Source of the DNA: Calcarisporiella thermophila CBS 279.70
Lineage: Eukaryota; Fungi; Calcarisporiellomycota
Direction: 5' to 3'
Length of the DNA: 64,000 nucleotides
NCBI RefSeq assembly: GCF_041956535.1
Contig: NW_027192199.1
Location: 838,515-902,514, forward strand
Positions 12,305-24,775 of this stretch are shown in pieces. The notes under the pieces were generated by a model. It was not told the origin of the DNA, made no database searches, and was given only the letters and a program-made list of their open reading frames with translations. Made by a program: the position numbers and the translations under genes. How positions within the stretch are numbered: the first letter of the stretch is position 1; every line of letters begins with the position of its first letter.

Positions 12305-14121
12305 ATGATGTTAATCCTACTTTTAATTGCATTCTCAGCTGTTGCTGCGGTGCCCTCCCAGTTTCCTTTCACGTCTGCTACACATGAAACTAATGTGTGC
12401 CCTTTCCCTCTGCCATATATTCCCCCTCCGTCATCTTCGCTACATGAACCTCCTCTACAAGCAGCGCTACATGACATTAAGAAATTGATTCTAAGATTTG
12501 AATCTGATTCAAGCGTTAAATCTCTCTCTGTTTCCTTGGTTCAGGGTCAGAATACTCTCTTGACTTACGGACCAGAAAATTCCTACTATCTCATAGGTAG
12601 CATAACGAAAACCTTTGTGGGGCTACTCATGATGCTTATGCGAGATGAAGGGAAAATTTCACTGGAGGATAAACTAAATAAATACATCCCCAGCTTCAAA
12701 ATTCGAGACCCTTATTATGGAGGGTTCGCGTTGCCCACACTGAGAATGTTGGCTAGCCACGCCGCGGGACTTCCACGAGAACATTGTCCCGAACCAGATT
12801 GCAAAAAATATACTGAGGAACAAGTTTTGGAATATCTCTCTAATTCGGAGCTGCTCCGTCCGTTATACAGCGATACACCTGCTTACTCGAATTTAGGAAT
12901 CTCATTGCTGGGCCATGCTCTTGAGCGAGTATGCGGGAATGAATGGGGCGAATGTTTGAAGACATATGTTTTCAATAGGTTAGGAATGAACTCGACGGGC
13001 ACGCTTGCAACTCCTGATCTCGTCGACAATTTCGCCCCGAATCCTTACGGGGATTCTAGCAAGCTTTTTAACGTTGGATACGGAAATCCCTCTGGTATAA
13101 GTTTTAATATTTGCATATCTGGGTTTTTACTTGAGTTTATACTCTTGTTTTGAAGGTTCTATGTATACAACACTTCACGATATCACCAAATTTGCTAAAG
13201 CTTTTCTAACCGACCAGCTTGGTCTTCAACCCTACTCTATCGATGAATGGACTCGCGCGCAAACCATACTCCCTGATGGGGAAACTGCGTTCGGAATGAC
13301 TTTCGAGCTTTTACGCCCCTCGATTGAGACTGGATGGATGGTCTCCAAGTCAGGCAGTGTACCCGGATACAAATCCATTATTTTATTCCACAAACAATTG
13401 AAGTTGGGGATCGTGGTTCTGGTAATTGTAGCCTCTCTCGTTTGCATTGGAAACAGAATGATATTTTGAATAATCATTACAGGTGGGAGGAGAGAAGCGC
13501 CCCATTCTGGTGGCCACTGAAATAATGGAAAAAATTCTTCCTGCAATTAGAGGAAAGTTTGCTGCCTATGCTAAGACTCGCTATGTAGGCAAGTACGCGG
13601 GCGCGACGGATGAATGTACAGTAATGAAAGAGATAAATATTTGCAATGGGACATTGACGGTCGAGCTTAACAAGAACAAAAACACTCTGCGTGGCGAAGT
13701 GGATTTGAATTTTGTGTATTATAACATCACTGTGAACAACCGGTTTCAAGTCCTTCTCGTTCCGGATGAAGCCGATGTGGACAATAAGGTATGAGAACCA
13801 TTGAATTTCACAAATGGCCTGTGAATCTAAATAACAGGTGGCATCCTTTGCCCGTGATTTTTGTCGATAACGCAGAGATTTTATGTGGAGCCTGTTCTTG
13901 AAAATGACGAGGATATATCATGTTTATTCGCGGATTCCATAATAGGGGCAAGTACCAATGGTAAAGGAGTTCCAAACGATCTAGTGCACTTCAGTTTCGA
14001 GCGTCAACATGAGTCAGACATGGGAAGCGAGATAATTTTTCAGAGGATCCCGAGAGAACGCTCTGCTACAAGTGTAAAATGGATGGGGATGAATCTTGAA
14101 ATGCTGAGACAAAATAACTGA
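12305..14121 (+). CDS. Secreted beta-lactamase/serine hydrolase family protein (AmpC/DD-peptidase fold), multi-exon
   Basis: Signal peptide, GSITK (SxxK), LASHAAGLPR, YSN and KSG motifs across ORFs 12266-13153, 13131-13469, 13483-13794 and 13861-14121. Confidence 0.85.
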
Positions 14122-14512
14122 TCCTAGAGCTCTACGAGCACATAGTATCCACCCAGCTAGTGATACACTTATGTCACTTAAAAGGTTTATCACTATAAGT
14201 TATGCTAATTTGGATTGATGAAGAGGCAGAGTAAGGATCTGGGGAAACTCCGCGTTTTTCAATTGGATGATTACCCCAAGAAAAAAAGAATGAAATTTGA
14301 ATACAGAAGATTCAATATTCGAACAATAATGAAGCTGTCAAACGTGAACCCTTTAAGGGCGAAACAATATGGAGCAATGCATCAGTTGAAGTGGAAATCG
14401 ACAATAAATCGTTTATTTATACATATTAATCAAAAAATGATTTGGAAAACCGGAACCATGGAACATAGGCGGAGCAATGACTCGGGTTTAAGCGTATGTT
14501 TTCTTCATTCGA

Positions 14513-14866
14513 TTACTGATAGCACTTATTGATAAACTGAGTGGATGACACAGCATACGCACCGCACTCTCTGGCAAACCGGTCGCATGTGTCCTGGCAG
14601 AGGGCGACGTTCGAGTTGCACCTAGTGTCTCCAAAGCAACTTGGCAGAGTCGACATACAAACGCCTGAGGTCGCGTATTTATTCTTGAGACATTCGACGA
14701 AGGCGGTAGTGTCCTTCAGCGGCATTGTCCATTTGCAGCTCTGATCACAGCCCTTTGAATTGTCCGTCAGGGAAACGTACCATGTTTTGCACTCTTCATT
14801 ATAAGATTGGGCGTTGACGAACAAGGCCATAGCGCATGCAACCAGGAGTTGAATTTTGAATGCCAT
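14513..14866 (-). CDS. Small secreted cysteine-rich protein with Frizzled-CRD-like Cys spacing
   Basis: Signal peptide MAFKIQLLVACAMALFVNA; 11 Cys in the mature chain, including VCMSTLPSC and LCQDTCDRFARECG. Confidence 0.75.
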   Translation of the reverse strand: MAFKIQLLVACAMALFVNAQSYNEECKTWYVSLTDNSKGCDQSCKWTMPLKDTTAFVECLKNKYATSGVCMSTLPSCFGDTRCNSNVALCQDTCDRFARECGAYAVSSTQFINKCYQ

Positions 14867-16286
14867 TGTGATGTTGTTAAGAGCAGAGGTAAGAATCAAG
14901 AAATTAACGGAGGCTAATGGACGAGTTGATTACGCAGCCGACCTCTTTACCCAAACCATGGTCCTTTTATACTTTCCATCCTCCTTTACAATCACCCCAT
15001 GGCAAATTACAGGCAAATTACGTTGATTAAGCTCTTTCCATTTGCGGGCAATTCTGGGTGCTTTTCGTGGGAATCAAGAATGAAACCCTAAGCATTGCCC
15101 TGAGTCTGGCCTCCAATCTAGATGTACCAACAATAAATAGAGCAGCTAAAACTCTCTTTATTCTCTATCTGCTAAGGAATTGGTGCTTTCCCTGGGAATG
15201 TATTTTAGCAGACTTGCAATTGAGCGACTAATGTTTGACTCGCTCTGGGACAAGTGTCTGAGATGAGACGATTTGGAAAATTGAGTGGGGAAGGAACCTT
15301 CGATCTAAAATATCCAAAAACATAGTATATCGTTCTAAGATTGAGCTAAAAAGGATATTGCTTTGTTAAATTTGGGAAAGTGGTATTAGAGGGGAAAAGT
15401 AGCCTGATATTGGTGAAAATAATTGTAAAGAAATTCCACGTAGCAGCTCTTGTGCCTTTCCGTGACTGATATTAGTTTTGATATCCCGCCCGAAGTAAAA
15501 CAAAGGAAATCTAGGTTTCACTTTTGCCACACGGAATAGAAAGCCGAAGCAGCGGTAATTCAGAACTAATTTTTCTTCTGATATTTCGAAACCTCTTTTT
15601 TTTTAAGACCATGCTCAATTAAAACACTTACATAACATGATTGACCTATCAAAGAATAATAAAATAAAGTAGGCTGCCAAGAGTAGTATACAATACGGTT
15701 TCTAGGCAAAACTAAAGAGATACTTTATGCAACACCAAAGAAAAAGAAAACAGTTAATTGTAAAACGGCTGAAGTTTCATTGTAACTTTAGATATTCGAT
15801 GCAGCTATTACCAAAGCAGAGAGAAGAAGGGCTAGAGGTGCGCACACGATTATGAAGAGAAACAAACAACTAAACTCGAGAATCAGAAAATCCGCGGTTA
15901 AGGTAGAGCGCGAGTCTTGGCAAAGAGATAGTTAATTCCAAGTATGCCCATGGTAGCGAATTTCTCCAACTTTGTAAGGATATATTATTCAAATATGGAT
16001 TGATCTGAACGGGGCTCTATCCACGGCAGCAGAGGTTCCTTACACCTGAACTTTGTTCATTCTCAAAGAGTAAAATAAAATCTCCACGTGGTCTCTTATA
16101 ATCAAGAATACAACAATTCCTAGAAATACAAGATGAAAATAAGAGCTGATTATAGAAGTGAAAAAAAATAAATGCGTGAAAATAAAAAAGCAATATACTG
16201 AAAGCATGTGTATTTGATAATCCCTATCAAAAGGTATGCCGAAAAAGGAAACCCAGGTATTTTGCCAGGAGTATGACTGACATTCA

Positions 16287-18894
16287 TTACGAGGCCTCAT
16301 TTTCTCCAGGAGGCTTTACACTTGTAGCCGCTTTCACTAGCTGCTCCAGGTGATGGCGAACATTACATAACGCAGAATAATCACTCCGTATGTCATTGAG
16401 CAGTGTCTCCTGACCTTTAAGAAATTGTTGGTCCTGTACAACTGTCTGCAGCTCTTGCTCCCATACTAGTCGCCATTTAGGCTTCACTGACTTTATACGC
16501 TCAGCTTGCACTGATATCGCAGCTTCCAGGATCTCGCTTTTCGCCCCTATTTCAGAGATATGTTCGGGAAGCGGAAGCAGACCATGCATCGTGGCACTTT
16601 GCATCGCATCCACCGTCTCCATCAGTTGTTTCAAATTCTCAGTGAGATACTCTGCCTGCAGAATTAGTTCGGACTTCACCTGCCCTATCTCAGCGCGTTC
16701 ATTAGAAACAGGTGGCGCCTGGCTAGCGTCTTGTGATGAGGTGACTTGATCCCGAATCCTGCGGATGGTGGAGCGAGTTTCGCACTGGATATGATAATTA
16801 AACTCGCGTAACATCTCGAACTGCTGATGAATCTCGCGCAGTTCTTTTTGGTGATTGCGAAGCTTGTTCACGGTCCTTGCATTGTTCATCGTCGCAGGCG
16901 GAGTTGTATCACGAGATTCTGCGGTGGAATTGTCTTCACCAACTGTTTGCGTGGCAGATTCATTGAGATTGGGCATAGTTGAACCAACTGGCCTCCAATG
17001 ACGAGAATCGCCTTCGCTCAGATACATTGGATTTTGTTGACGTTGCGCGAACTGTAGAAGCAGATTAGTGTTTGTAGTCAGACTTTTCTTGAGACTAGCA
17101 AGCTCTTGTTCCATTTTCATTCTGTAGCTACTCTCTTCCGCTTTCTGCATTTGCGCATTGGTTTCTAACAGAAGCATAACGGAAATCCAGTAAGATGTGA
17201 ATAGAAAACAAGGGTGGGATAAAAATTCAAAAGCTACCATCGACATTGAGCGAAAGTATGGACCCATTACATATTTCGCCCACATTTTCCAATTCGTAAG
17301 ATACTCTTCCATCGGGGGAGTAGATGTAGATGGGCGGAAAATCATATCCTTGAGGTGGTGTATAGCCAAACTTCTCGAGAAAGTGCACCCGGAGTGCAGA
17401 GATGGATAGTTCTCCTTCATGAAGTACCTTTTTCGTCTGCTTATCAACCCTCAGATAGAGCGTGATACCCTTGGACACTTCCAAACTCTCTGTACCGTTA
17501 AACAGGAAGATCAGAAATCACAGTGAACGCTGTCATGGATGAATATGTCCATACGTTACCTTCAGGCTGGATCTGAGTTTTTTCAGCGACACTTGATACG
17601 TTTGCATTCGTTGGTGAAGTGGAAGGACTATCTTTTGACGATAACACCACCATTTCCCGTTCTTTCTTCCCCTCATCCCTCTCTGGTGTCTCGTCCGTCA
17701 CCGTTGAATCAAGCCCAGTTTCTGTTGTCAACTGCCTCGAGTCCTCAGCAAACTTGCCTGGCTGAGAGAAGTACAAGTCTTTTTTCATAAGCACTGAAGA
17801 GCGTCGCTGCAGTCCCTCGCCGTGACTGAGAGCATGATATGCCGCAACAGCTTCGGGATTATTGCTCCACCCAGTCCAGGCATGCCGGAACTCCGGGTGC
17901 ATTAGGGTTGGGACGGGTGCACGTCCTGGGTCGGGGAAGAGGTGGAAAGGTATAGGAGTAGTGGGAAAGTTTCCAGCTGAAGGGCCTACTCCTGGATAAT
18001 ATTCGCGGCCGGGTTGGAATATACCTCTTGGTGGAGGCGTGAGGACGGCCGGAGAGGGTGGATTAAATGGAGCGTGTTTAGCGGTCGTATCGAGAGCGGA
18101 AGGGATAGTTTTCATACTGTTGCTCATTGAGGTGCTTGAAAAGGACGAGGCTGCGTTCTTCATCTCAGGAGAAGTGGGAATAGGTATAGACTGAGTTGAT
18201 GAACGTGATTTTTCCTCAGCGTCAGTAGCACCATTGCCATCTTGAATTGAACTTGTTATCTGAGGAGCTTGAGGTGGGAGTTGATGCTCATGAAAATGTT
18301 CTAAATTCGATACTAGATAGCGTACTTCGTCTTGCTTCTGGCGAAGCCCTTGTACTAAAGACAGTATTATCTTGCTGATGTCCGGAAAATGAGATTGGAA
18401 TGCCGCGGGGGGTTCTGCAAACAGAATGTTCAAACACGCTTCCAGCTTCGAAGGAATTAATTTCAACTCCCTAGTACAAAACCAGCAAGTTAGATAACAC
18501 AGGCATAACCGACTGAAAAATATAAAAAAAGAATCCACCCTAGCTCGACTCCAAATCTTTGGAATGCCGCATTAGTTGCATTGAAGTTAATATTCAATGT
18601 GCTAAATGCTTCACGACAAATCTCTTCCGGGACTCTGGAGTGAGACCATTCTGAGAGCTGTGTGAGAAGCGTCTTAGTGGCACGTAACAATCGTCCTATG
18701 GGTTGCTCAATTTCATTTATCTAGAGCCAAAGTTGAATCGGGCTGCTGAAGTTAGGAACTATCACATAGTAAAAAATAAAAATAGAACACACAGGGCCAC
18801 TCAGCCTACGTGAACTTGCAGGAGTCGAAAGGGATGGGGACACAGACTGTGGGCTCTGTGCCGTGTATTGTCGACCATCGACTGATTCCGCCAT
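16287..18894 (-). CDS. BUD6: Bud6/Aip3 actin-interacting polarity protein, multi-exon; C-terminus appears short
   Basis: N-domain IEQPIGRLLRATKTLLTQLSEWS; AIP3 domain LYLRVDKQTKKV..HFLEKFGY..FPPIYI..YELENVGEICNGSILSLNVD; KPKWRLVWEQELQTVVQDQQFL. Confidence 0.85.
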
Positions 18895-19049
18895 TGAGTT
18901 GAAAGGACATTCGATTCTTTTTCCCTGATCCGAGCACTATTAAGCTCGGACCTTATGTTCTGGCATGACCAAGCCACGAACCCTTTTACATGCTAACTCA
19001 CGTTGAACCTTGATTTAATAACCACCGTTGTCCCTTTGAATTAGGGAGA

Positions 19050-20964
19050 ATGTATAACCCAAGCTCCTCGGCTCTGTCTTATTCCACAGCATTAGAGGAG
19101 CAACCAGGTGAGAATAGCCAGCTTTATCTACCAGGACCTTCCCTTTCTACAACCCACGAAAAACCGGCTTATTCGCACGATGACAGAGAGATTGAAATGG
19201 AGGACAATGCTCAGGCAAGCCAAGAAGGGGATAAGCTCAAAACAGATCGGTTGCGTAAAATCGCGAACCAGATCGAGTTTTATTTTTCGGATGCCAATTT
19301 ACAATGGGACATTCCACTGCGTGAGCGGCTGGACAAAAGTAGCGGATGTAGGTGTTCGTTGATAACTGTTGAATAGCTGTCTTGTTAAATACTTTAGAGT
19401 GCTTCCTTGGCTAACGAATTTTTTTCCACAAATTCAGTTGTGGAGTTGGAATTTCTTAACAGTCTGAGTCGTTTGACCCGGCTGAAAACAGATGAGCATG
19501 AATTGGAGACCGCGATCGCGGAATGTTGCATTTCCAAGCTTGAAGTAAATTTCGCTAATACTTTAATAAGTGTGCTTTACTTTTCCTGATTTTTGCACAC
19601 TTAAATTGTAGCTTAGTGCCGATAGAAAGCGGGTACGACGTATTATTCCGTTTCTTGCGCGCAATTCCGAAGAGGTGACTGAGAGAACAGTATACGTGGT
19701 ATGAAGTGGAATTCTTTAAATATCTTCGAGCAAGTCCTTACTTCCGGCGATTACATTCAACCCAGGAACATCTACGGCCTCCGTACACCACTCCGCACGC
19801 AATCGCTAGACTCTTCAAGAAACGCACCGGATTGCATGTTACGTTTGTGAGAGTGCCCGAGGTTCCCGGGCTCAAATTTTCTGGGTTTTGCTTTGTGGAA
19901 TTTGAGAATGAGAGTGATATCGAGCGTGCGATTTCCGAGTTTCGGCCGAAGAGTCAGGATGGTGATGGTGGCGATTCTGATGAAGATAACTCGAAGGAGC
20001 TGAGAAAGGAAGAAAATCTAGCCCTTCGAATCATTCCAAAGTGAGTGTCTCTGTACTGAAAAACATTCTGACTCACTCGCTGACCCTGGTTGAATGCTAG
20101 GGCGAAATGGCTGGAATTGAAGGATGAATACTTGAAGTACCTCGGGGAGCGACAAAGGATGCAGCATAAAGTGCAACGACAGATCGAATTGCGAAGAGAA
20201 GCATGCACTCAAGCCTCTTTGCAGTCTGCACCCTCCGAGGAGATGTCAGATGACTATCCAAAGGGCATCATCTTACTAGCACAGCATGTAAATGCGGACA
20301 CCAAAAAAGATATATTGAAGGTGAGCATTTTTGTTCTCAATATGGATTCTGATCTGACCGCCTCATGCTTCCCGCTTAGAAACTTTTTGGAAAATACGGG
20401 GATATAGAATATGTAGACTACACAAGAAAAAACGACTTTGTATGTTGTATTTTGCTGGAGATATTTAAAATCGAGGCTAATATCACGAAATTTGTAGTGC
20501 TATCTTCGGATGAAAAGCTCGGAAGAATCCGAGAAACTCGCCAAACATTTCCGGGACCGCCGGCTTATGCAGAAATATTTCGACGATATATCGCTAACGG
20601 AAGCCGACAATTCCAATCGGGCTCCGATCACTGTGCGAATCTTGAGTGGTAGCTCTTGCATTTAGAAATGATATAAGTCGGGATGGCGCCTTGTTTACAC
20701 ATTATTCTGTTTGTAGGCCAAGAGGAGGCTCAATACTGGCACCACATTGAGGCCATGCGCTCATCCAAACGTGCCAAAGATAAGCGACCAAACCCGAGTA
20801 CATTACCACCTGCGCAACCCACTCCTATAATCCCCACCCTCTCTTCTAGTCTTAGCAAGGACGAAAACGAGTCCATTCCTCGTAAACGGCCAGCATCTGC
20901 TGTGACCTCTCCATCTGCATCCTCCGCGGCCAAACATATCCGCTTCGACGAGGACTCTGAATAG
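19050..20964 (+). CDS. LARP7: La-related protein 7-like (La motif + RRM + xRRM)
   Basis: QIEFYFSDANL (La motif), ERTVYVE/FSGFCFVEFE (RRM), WLELKDEYL, YPKGIIL..IEYVDY..EEAQYW (xRRM), C-terminal KHIRFD. Confidence 0.8.
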
Positions 20965-21505
20965 AAATCTACCGATAAAACTTGCATAGCATCTTATTTG
21001 CACTTAATCGCCTGTCATTCACTTTTGGAGCTTTTGACGCGAGCCAGTTAGGGTTGTTATATAAGCAAATTTGCAATATGGTTTACACTTCGACAACAAT
21101 CCCGACAAATTCTCTCTATTGCCATCCATCATTTCTAGAGATATCTATATAATCTTATCGTTTAACGCATAGCTCACAGTATAGTGCATTAATTCACTTA
21201 AGAGCTAATGTGCATGCGGATGTAGCTATGGAGGTCATCTAAAGAGTGGTTGCATAATAGGACCTAATTTGTAATACCAGGGGGTGGACCACGGTTTGAT
21301 ATTGCCCTAATTATTAATAAAAATGTGGGTGATATATTTTGTTCAAATTTGAGGCTCAAAGTACTCCCAGTAGCACATATTCAATGGAGATGGTGTAAAG
21401 AGTTTCCATTTCATGGTAATTATAATCCCACTATAAGTGGTTGTCTGAAACATTAATATTGCCAAATAGATCAAACCAACTTTGACAAAAAATTGGACAA
21501 AAATT

Positions 21506-21578
21506 TGCTTCCACTGAGAATCGAACTCAGGACCTTCTGCTTACTAGGCAGACGCTCTGCCAGCTGAGCCATAGAAGC
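21506..21578 (-). tRNA. tRNA-Thr(AGT)
   Basis: GCTTCTATGGCTCAGCTGGCAGAGCGTCTGCCT-AGT-AAGCAGAAGGTCCTGAGTTCGATTCTCAGTGGAAGCA forms a complete cloverleaf; TATA-like element ~30 bp upstream. Confidence 0.95.
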
Positions 21579-21643
21579 TGATGAAAAGTTATCTCGTGAT
21601 AAGTATTTATATCATCTATTTCTAATTTTCATCTCACCCTTTC

Positions 21644-21988
21644 GGGGGAGGGTTAGGGGGGAGGGTTAGTGTAGTGGACTATCCCTGGTATGCCGATGAG
21701 AACGGCGTGGGTTCAAATCCCACTTCTCCCACCAGCACTTACTCTTAGTTTGTGACTGCTGCCCACTTGATCAGAAATTGAGTCTACATTATTGAAAGGA
21801 TCCCTCCTACGATAAGTACAAAGATTACATCGGTTTCACGTACATGCTATTCACGACAACTGCGATACACGCATATTGATTGAAAGTCTATCGATCAAGG
21901 ACCTATATCTCGTTAAGTCCATTGACATTAACTTCATGTAATATATGGAAATTAAATAAAAGTTTCCATTGATTGATCAAAAAAAAAA
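21644..21988 (+). mobile_element. tRNA-derived SINE (family 1), full-length copy
   Basis: A box TAGTGTAGTGG, B box GGTTCAAATCC, paired acceptor/T stems ending in encoded CCA (21734), ~245-bp body, poly(A) 21979-21988; second copy at 62510-62805. Confidence 0.85.
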
Positions 21989-22085
21989 TTTGCCTTTTTT
22001 TTTTTCCTGGAGTGACGAAGCAACCCTTCCTCTCTCCCTATCCACTCTTTACTTCCTCTCCTCCTCTTTACTTCATATCTCCCAC

Positions 22086-22504
22086 CAAATACGCCCAACC
22101 AAGCAAAATATCGCTAGCTGAACAACTAGGACGCGAAATGCAAAAAATCGTGAGGTCCAAAGGGTGGTCAGCGTCCATAAAGGATAAAAAAAGAAGATTT
22201 CCAAGCGTCTTGGTGTAAGGGAAGTTGGACACAAGTCCCAAGGAGACGAAATATTCTTCAAGCAAATCACTTAGCTCCAATACGACCTTGCCGAATACCC
22301 TACCACCCGCATTCCAATTTTTCCTTTTCCCCCTTTTTTTTTGTTTTTATTCTTTTCCTCTCTTGTATACTACCTTCCTTGAAAAATCGGATGGTATTCA
22401 CACACTCTACCATTGCTTACATGTATTTCTTGTTTCTGAGGACTATCAAGTCACTTTATTAACGAAGAAGAATACTTTTTAATAAAGATCCTCCTAACAA
22501 AAAA
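22086..22504 (+). mobile_element. 5'-truncated LINE 3' end (L1/Tx1-like)
   Basis: 22090-22330 is homologous to the reverse complement of 63625-63853; pyrimidine-rich 3' UTR; ends AATACTTTTTAATAAAGATCC..poly(A). Confidence 0.7.
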
Positions 22505-22989
22505 GAAGCCTTTATTTTTGGCTGAATTTTACTTGAATGGTTGCATATTCTTAATTTTGGTCAATCATGTTCTTATTTATAGACTTTTGATCCAGTATAC
22601 TCAATCCTATTTCCGCGTTTTAACCGGAAAAATACCATCTGAGTGAGTTTCGATGCAAGACGAGGTTGAATTTGGGTAACCACGAGGGAAAACGCGATGG
22701 CGCGTGAAAAAAGTCGGTTAAAATCCACCCTGGTAAAAGGGGTCTTTTAATACCGACCTTGTAGCAAAACCTGTATCTATGTGGAGGCCAAATTTTCTTT
22801 TATACGGTTTTATATCGCCCTTTCATGTCCACTATTTCCTCCGCCCACTACATTTAAGATATTCTGCAGCTAAGCTCGAAAGAAGGCAAAGATTTTTATT
22901 GTCAGACAAAATTATAAGCCGTGGTATAAGAGGGTATGTTGTCAAATAAATTAACAAATAAACAGTCTATTCATAGTCTATAGTACAAA

Positions 22990-24775
22990 TCATTGGGGGA
23001 CCCTCTCCCGCCAAACTGCACCGTATCTTTTGACGAGCAACAGGAGAAGCCCCGCCAAGACATTGATCCCTGCGAGAAGGACAGCAAGCCAGCCGTCGCC
23101 AAGTGCCTCTACCAGTGGCTGCGCAAATAAGGCAGAGACGGCGGCCATCAGGTTGCGAACAAAATTATTTACAGCCTATAATGGATAACAAGTTAAGAAA
23201 GGATCGGGGGTGGGGGTGGGGGTGGGAGAAGCAAATGAGTACCGTGATGGAGGCGGTGCGACTTGGCATGGAATCTACAAGGTAAGTTGAAATGCCCGTG
23301 AATACCAGCATAATGCCCAGCCCAACTATTCATTGATAATAGCTGTCAGCCAATATTATCGGGACATCTTAAGAGAACCATATACAGGGATGAAAAAAAA
23401 AAAGAAAAAGCTCGTATTCTCACCGAAAAAATGCCCTATCAGGGGTAGAAACACAATCGAAACAGTGTCCAGCAACCATCCATAGACGAGAGCGCCCGCG
23501 GGAACAAAAAGAAAGGACCCGGCCCACACATGCCATCCTAACCGATCCTCAGGAACAACATCACCCGCCCTTTTTCGAACAAAATAGTCGCTTAGTCTTC
23601 CGCCCACGACACTGCCGAAGACGCACCCAACCCCAAGCCCAATGTACGTCAGCCCCGTTAGAGTGGAATCTAGCTTATACCTGGGGGCAAGCCGAGTTGG
23701 GATTAGAAGGTTCAGCACGGTGGCGGCGATAAAGGCGGACCCGATCTGGAATGCAGCAAGCAAAACAAATCGATACCGGATAAGGGCAAGGCTACGAAGC
23801 GGATTAAACAGCTTGAGTTGGTGGAAAATGGAATGCTTGATGGCCGGGGTAGAGGAGGCGAGAGTAGGGGGCTTCCGATAGGTCTCGGGCAGGAAAAAAA
23901 TAATGAGGATCAGCGTCACGGCGCCCATTAGGGCGGCAAAATAAAATGTAAATCGCCATGATAGTTTCGCCGTTAGAACCCCCCCAATGACGGGGCCAAT
24001 AATAGGCCCTAACAGTGGGCCAATATAATACATGCCAAATGCAGTTCCGCGCTCCTTTGGCTCCCATACATCGCATACGATGGCGGCCCCTAAACTCTGG
24101 GGCGCCGATCCTCCTGTTGCCTGTAGCGCGCGGACTACAAGCAGGGCATAGACATTATCGAGAGAGGCACAAATGCAGGACGCGACAATGTGAATGATGA
24201 ATCCAACCATAAGGATGAGTCGACGAGTACCTAGGCCTTCGCTGAGAGTAGCCCAGATGAGCGGGAAAATGGCCATGAAGATGGTGAACGAGGAAACTGC
24301 AGAATCATAAAAAAGGAAGCGCGTTAGTACTTGGAACACTGGGGTGACTCTAGCTGGGGAAGAAGAATACTTACCGGTGGCATTGACAGCAATGGCGGAA
24401 GCATTCAATTCGCGCTGAATGACGGGCAAAGCTGGATACTACGGGCGGCGAGAAATAGAAGTTTCATTAATCCCATATCGGAGAGCTTAACAGAAGCCCC
24501 AAGAGCCAGCGACTTACATAAATGGTGCTGTTGATGGGCGATATTAGTCCGGAGAGGGCAATAATGAACAAAATGACCGTCTTGCGCAGAGTTGAAAAGT
24601 ACTTTGGATCCTCCTCTACCGTAGCGCCGCAAAGATACTGAGAGATAACGCTTCTCCACCTGCTTCTCTTGTCAGAAGCCAAGGTCGCCTCCTCGCAGGC
24701 AAGGTCCCCGACGGTAATACGCTTCTCGCCCCGATCTTCGGTCGATTGCATCGATGTCGGTGTACTTGAGCCCAT
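22990..24775 (-). CDS. MFS drug:H+ antiporter (DHA1-like), multi-exon
   Basis: DPKYFSTLRK, SPINSTIY, VVRALQATGGS, ERGTAFGMY..GPLLGPIIGPVIGG, LPETYR, PEDRL, AVNNFVRN..YGAVWRE. Confidence 0.9.

Noticed and set aside
12305-14121. Acquired antibiotic-resistance beta-lactamase
   Set aside because: Intron-containing secreted member of a widespread fungal serine hydrolase family.
21644-21669. Telomeric TTAGGG-like repeat
   Set aside because: Only a 13-bp duplication of the SINE 5' end.
21657-21734. Functional tRNA (e.g. Sec/Leu/Ser with long variable arm)
   Set aside because: No proper anticodon stem-loop or UCA anticodon; it continues into a repeated body with poly(A).
22618-22724. MITE defined by ttttaaccg/cggttaaaa inverted repeat
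   Set aside because: Only 9-bp arms, no TSD and no second copy seen.
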